NCBI GenBank assembly: GCA_963719505.1 | Contig: CAVRCF010000005.1 | Span: 1,056,001 to 1,120,000, forward strand | DNA: 64,000 nucleotides | From: Halobacteriovoraceae bacterium | GTDB lineage: Bacteria; Bdellovibrionota; Bacteriovoracia; Bacteriovoracales; Bacteriovoracaceae | Direction: 5' to 3' | Shown here: positions 59,966 to 64,000 of the stretch, in pieces | Layout: the number at the start of each line of letters is the position of its first letter | How positions within the stretch are numbered: position 1 is the stretch's first letter | Translations under genes and position numbers: made by a program | Notes under the pieces: model-generated | Databases searched by the model: none | What the model saw: the letters and a program-made list of their open reading frames with translations, nothing else | Told to the model about the DNA's origin: nothing

Positions 59966-60739
59966 GTGATATATTCAGTTATAGGATTTTTTATCTTCAT
60001 GAGTCTGTCTGTTTTTGCCAACGAAAAACCTTCAACTTGTGATCTTGATAAGATGAAGTGGGTAGGCATCCCCTTTGACTCTCAGGGAACTTTTAATTCC
60101 AACTGCAAACCTCAAATTTTATATAGTTGGATAGAAAGTCCAAGGACTATTAATGAGAATGATTATAAATGGCCTTTTAGAAGGAAGAGTGCCATTTTTT
60201 TCCACAGAACTCCTCTTGCTACATCCCTGTACGGAAATTTTTCCTATCGAGTAAAACTAAAAGATGACGTGAGATATAAGCTCGTTCCTTGGAATGAAGC
60301 CCATTATAAATGTCTATACCCTGAAGCCGAAAAGAAAGTTACCGTCTATGTTAATCAAGATAAAAATGGCTTTTCTGAATATGTCCTGTGCTCTGAGGGG
60401 CCAGTAGAATCTTGGAGTTTTGGAATGAACGAACATCTCCTTGAGATGAAAAGAGAGTTCGCCTTAATTAAAGAGCTTGGAGCTCTCAATGTGGATGGTT
60501 TTTTGAATCCAAATACTCGTAAATATGGCTGCAATGATTGCTTTCAAAGGTATACAGTTCACGATGCCAGAAATGATGGATCGGAGTCTACAATTTTAAA
60601 GAGCCTAGATTTTATGGAGAGGTTTACAGACTCAAACTTTGGAAAAGTTTTTAGTATAAAAGATATGAAAGCTTACAAAGAAGGACTTAAAGTTAAAGAG
60701 CATTTCAAAACAAACTTAAAGCTTCCATTTCATCAATAA
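59966..60739 (+). CDS. Hypothetical secreted protein
   Basis: GTG start with AGGAG RBS, signal peptide; no motif recognised. Confidence 0.65.
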   Translation: MIYSVIGFFIFMSLSVFANEKPSTCDLDKMKWVGIPFDSQGTFNSNCKPQILYSWIESPRTINENDYKWPFRRKSAIFFHRTPLATSLYGNFSYRVKLKDDVRYKLVPWNEAHYKCLYPEAEKKVTVYVNQDKNGFSEYVLCSEGPVESWSFGMNEHLLEMKREFALIKELGALNVDGFLNPNTRKYGCNDCFQRYTVHDARNDGSESTILKSLDFMERFTDSNFGKVFSIKDMKAYKEGLKVKEHFKTNLKLPFHQ

Positions 60740-60742
60740 AAA

Positions 60743-60766
60743 AGGGGACCCATAAATGGATCCCCT
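60743..60766. terminator. Terminator hairpin between convergent genes
   Basis: AGGGGACCCAT-AA-ATGGATCCCCT with A tract (U tract for lon). Confidence 0.65.
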
Positions 60767-60812
60767 CGTCGGTCATTGTCATCAAATATTTTTTTACTCA
60801 AGCGTCACAAAT

Positions 60813-63242
60813 CTAGTTTGCAACCTGTGCCTGAGGCTTGTCCCCTTCGCCATCAAGTACCTTGAATGCTCTCTCCTTCATAAATTCTTCTGGAGATTGA
60901 AGATCTAATGCGATCTTTAATACTTCTTCAGCTTCTTTTACAGGATAGATATTCATTCCGGCTTTAATTTCGTCTGGTACTTTTGCTAAATCTTTCGCAT
61001 TCTTGAAAGGAATTACAACAGTTTGGATTCCAGCTTGTTTAGCAGCTAAAAGCTTCTCTTTTAAACCACCAATCGGCATAACTCTTCCTCTTAACGAAAT
61101 CTCACCAGTCATGGCAACATCTTGTCTTACAGGAATGCTTGCAATCGCGGAAGTTAAAGCAGTCGCCATGGTGATACCTGCACTTGGCCCATCTTTTGGT
61201 GTCGCACCATCTGGAACATGAACATGGATATCATTTTTATTATACCAGTCGTGATCAACACCTAAGCGATCTCCAATTGATCTAACATAACTCATTGCCG
61301 CTTTGGCTGATTCTTGCATAACGTCTCCAAGTTTACCTGTAACTTGAATTTTTCCTGTTCCTGGAATTGTTACGACTTCAATATGAAGTAACTCTCCACC
61401 AACGCTTGTATAAGCAAGACCATTAACAAGGCCTATCTCTGGTTGTTGTTCAATCATTGTTGATTCAAACTTAAGTGGCCCAAGATATTTCTCTAACGAT
61501 TTTTGTGTAATCGTATATTTCTTACCTTTTTCCACATCGTTCATAACAACATCAGTTGCAATCTTTCTAGCAATTGTATTCATGTATCTTTCAAGTCCAC
61601 GAACACCAGCTTCTCTAGTATATCCTCTAATGATTTTCATAAAGAATTTATCAGAAATACTCACTGGGTATTCAGAAAGACCATGATTTTTCACATGCTT
61701 TTTGAATAAGGTATTTTTTAGCGATTTGAAGTTTCTCAGCAGGTGTGTATCCAGCAATATTGATCATTTCCATTCTATCTCTAAGTGGTCCTGGAATTTT
61801 TCCAATATCATTTGCTGTCATAACAAACATAACTTTTGATAGATCGTATTCTGCTTCAATATAGTGATCGGTAAAGTTAACATTTTGTGCTGGATCTAGA
61901 ACTTCAAGCATTGCTGAAGCTTGGATCCCCTCTCATGTCTGAGCTCATTTTATCGATCTCATCTAAAAGGATAACTGGATTTCCTGTTCCCGCTTTTTTC
62001 ATCGCTTGCATGATCTTACCTGGCATCGCACCAACATAAGTTCTTCTGTGCCCACGAATCTCAGCTTCATCTCTTACACCACCCAGAGAGATTCTTTCGA
62101 ATTTTCTTCCCATTGATGTTGCAAGTGATTTACAGATTGAAGTTTTACCAACTCCTGGAGGACCTGCTAAACAAAGAATCGTTCCATTTGCACTTGAATC
62201 TTCAACTAAAGTTCTCACGGCCATGTATTCTAGAATTCTTTCTTTAACATCTTCAAGACCATAGTGATCTTCATCTAAAACTCTCTTTAGCATGTTTTAC
62301 ACTATTATCGTCTTTTGTGTACTCTTCCCATGGAAGTGAAGTCATCCAATCAATATAGTTTCTTACAACAGCAGACTCTGCTGACATAGGAGACATTGAC
62401 TTAAGTTTCTTGATTTCTTTTTCAACTTTCTCACGAGCCTCTTGTGGCATTTTCTTCGCGGCAAGTTTATCTTCCATCTCTCCAATCTCACCCTTTCCAT
62501 CTTCCTTGTTACCAAGTTCTTTTTGGATCGCGTTCATTTGTTCATTGAGATAGTATTCTTTCTGAGATTTTTCCATCTGTTGTTTAACGCGAGTTCTGAT
62601 TTTCTTCTCAACGTTAATAACTTCGATCTCCCCTTGCATTTTTTCTAAAAGAAGTTGAAGTCTTTGTTCAACATTGACAGCGTTAAGGATCTCTTGTTTT
62701 TCAGGAATCTTCATTGTTAAGTGAGCAACAATGATATCAGCAAGTCTTGAAGAATCAGTGATAGAAGAGATGCTCATAAGAAGTTCCGGTGGAATTCTCT
62801 TATTTAATTTTACGTATTGTTCGAAAACATTCTTAACGCTTCTAACAGTCGCCTCTGTTTCAACTTCTCCAGTTGCAACATCTTCACATTGATCAACGTC
62901 TGCGAAATAACCTTCTGCACGACATTCAAAGTCTGTGATACGAGCTCGATGTTTTCCTTCGATAAGAACTTTTACAGTGTTATCCGGTAAGCGAAGCATT
63001 TGGATGATATTTACAACGGTTCCAATATCGTAAACGTCACTTCTTTCTGGATTTAAAACACTAGCGTCTTTTTGAGTTACGAGAAATAATTCATTGCCAG
63101 CTTTTGCTGCTTTCTCAAGCGCTGCAATTGACTTTTCTCTTCCAACAAATAGCGGGACAACCATATGAGGAAAAATAATAACATCCCTTAGAGGAAGTAA
63201 AGGATAGTTCTTTGAATTTGATGATGACTTCTTGTCCGACAT
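60813..63242 (-). CDS. lon: Lon protease, split by three 1-nt frameshifts (about 62285, 61920, 61705)
   Basis: PLLPLRD N-domain, [37 protein letters not shown] spread over four consecutive ORFs. Confidence 0.95.
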
Positions 63243-63683
63243 AGCACCTCCTGCGCTTTAGCTTCTAGTTGGACCCCCCTAGAGCTATACAATATTATTG
63301 TCCCAGATATTTGAATCGATTGCAAAAAAAATCCCGAGGCAAATATAACCTAGGAGAATTTTGTTTAAATCTATACAATTTTTACAATTTTCGGTGACAA
63401 TATGATCCCTAAATAAAAAAAAATTCAACTTTTTCTCACAAGATGAACATTTCGCTCAGGTTCTATGCTAATAACCCTGCTCATTGATCACCTATTAATA
63501 TCTTCAATTTAATTCTCCCTATTATTAGAAACGCGCTAAAAAAATAGATCTCGATCCTCCCCAAGCATCTATTTCATTGAAGATAGGTGGATACCAGACT
63601 GTTATTCCTACATCATGCATCATAATTCACCGATATTTCATCAAGTTGTGATAAACCTCCTGCATACCCCAAAGGAGAAAACC

Positions 63684-64000
63684 ATGAAATTACTTTCAAT
63701 CATTACATTATTTGGAGCAGTCGCTTCATTTAACGCAAGTGCAGACTGCTTAGTTGAATTAACAGGTGTAAATGTTAACCCTTTTATTGAGCGCGACTGT
63801 CGTGAAGCAATGAAAGAATGTTCAAAGTTCAAAAGAACTAGAAACTATTCTCATCTTCAATGTGAAATTGTAGACGACAACTATAGACCATATAATAATG
63901 GCGGAAATAATAATGGTGGTGGATACAACCCTCCACATAATACTGGTGGTAACTCTGGATATCCAAACGACACAGTTGGAGACATCATTGAGCACTTTAT
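63684..64000 (+). CDS. Secreted protein, truncated by window end
   Basis: AAGGAG RBS; MKLLSIITLFGAVASFNASA signal peptide, Cys domain, N/G-rich linker; open to 64000. Confidence 0.7.
   Translation, partial: MKLLSIITLFGAVASFNASADCLVELTGVNVNPFIERDCREAMKECSKFKRTRNYSHLQCEIVDDNYRPYNNGGNNNGGGYNPPHNTGGNSGYPNDTVGDIIEHF

Noticed and set aside
60813-63242. Programmed frameshifting or true pseudogenisation of lon and the integrase
   Set aside because: No consistent slippery motif, several unrelated genes affected, catalytic residues conserved; sequencing error is simpler
1-64000. Anti-phage defence, retron, CRISPR-Cas, toxin-antitoxin or prophage genes
   Set aside because: No RT, Cas, RM, TA or virion motifs recognised; the only PD-(D/E)XK protein is better explained as the relaxase

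Overview
AT-rich bacterial DNA, probably from a predatory Bdellovibrionota lineage (Bacteriovoracaceae/Halobacteriovorax-like; inferred from gene content only). It has four parts. (1) 1-19.2 kb is a metal-handling cargo region: a Cyc2-like cytochrome-porin, three other monoheme c-type cytochromes, His-rich secreted paralogs, an ATP-grasp-like ligase, a multicopper oxidase fused to a barrel domain, a DUF411/CopG protein and an RcnR-type regulator with a DmeF-like CDF. A recurring ATAC-N9-GTAT CsoR/RcnR-type operator links these genes. (2) 19.4-33 kb is the backbone of an integrative conjugative element (ICE): four micro-ORFs, a large lipoprotein with binary-toxin-B/protective-antigen-like motifs, a compact VirB-like T4SS, a coupling protein, a MOBC-like PD-(D/E)XK relaxase, a 131-nt hairpin (oriT candidate), ssb, an excisionase and a tyrosine integrase. 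An IS1380-family transposase follows. (3) 35-52 kb and 58.5-64 kb are ordinary chromosome (fumC, hpf, csaA, phoX, nhaC, recJ, truA, cyclophilin, pdxH, S8 protease, lon). (4) 51.9-58.5 kb is an integrase-free islet bounded by tRNA-Val(TAC) and a duplicate of its 3' end, carrying two hybrid kinases plus CheR and CheB. Single-base frameshifts in lon, the integrase, the multicopper oxidase and a repeat gene are most likely assembly indels. All family calls come from motif recognition by eye; no searches were run.
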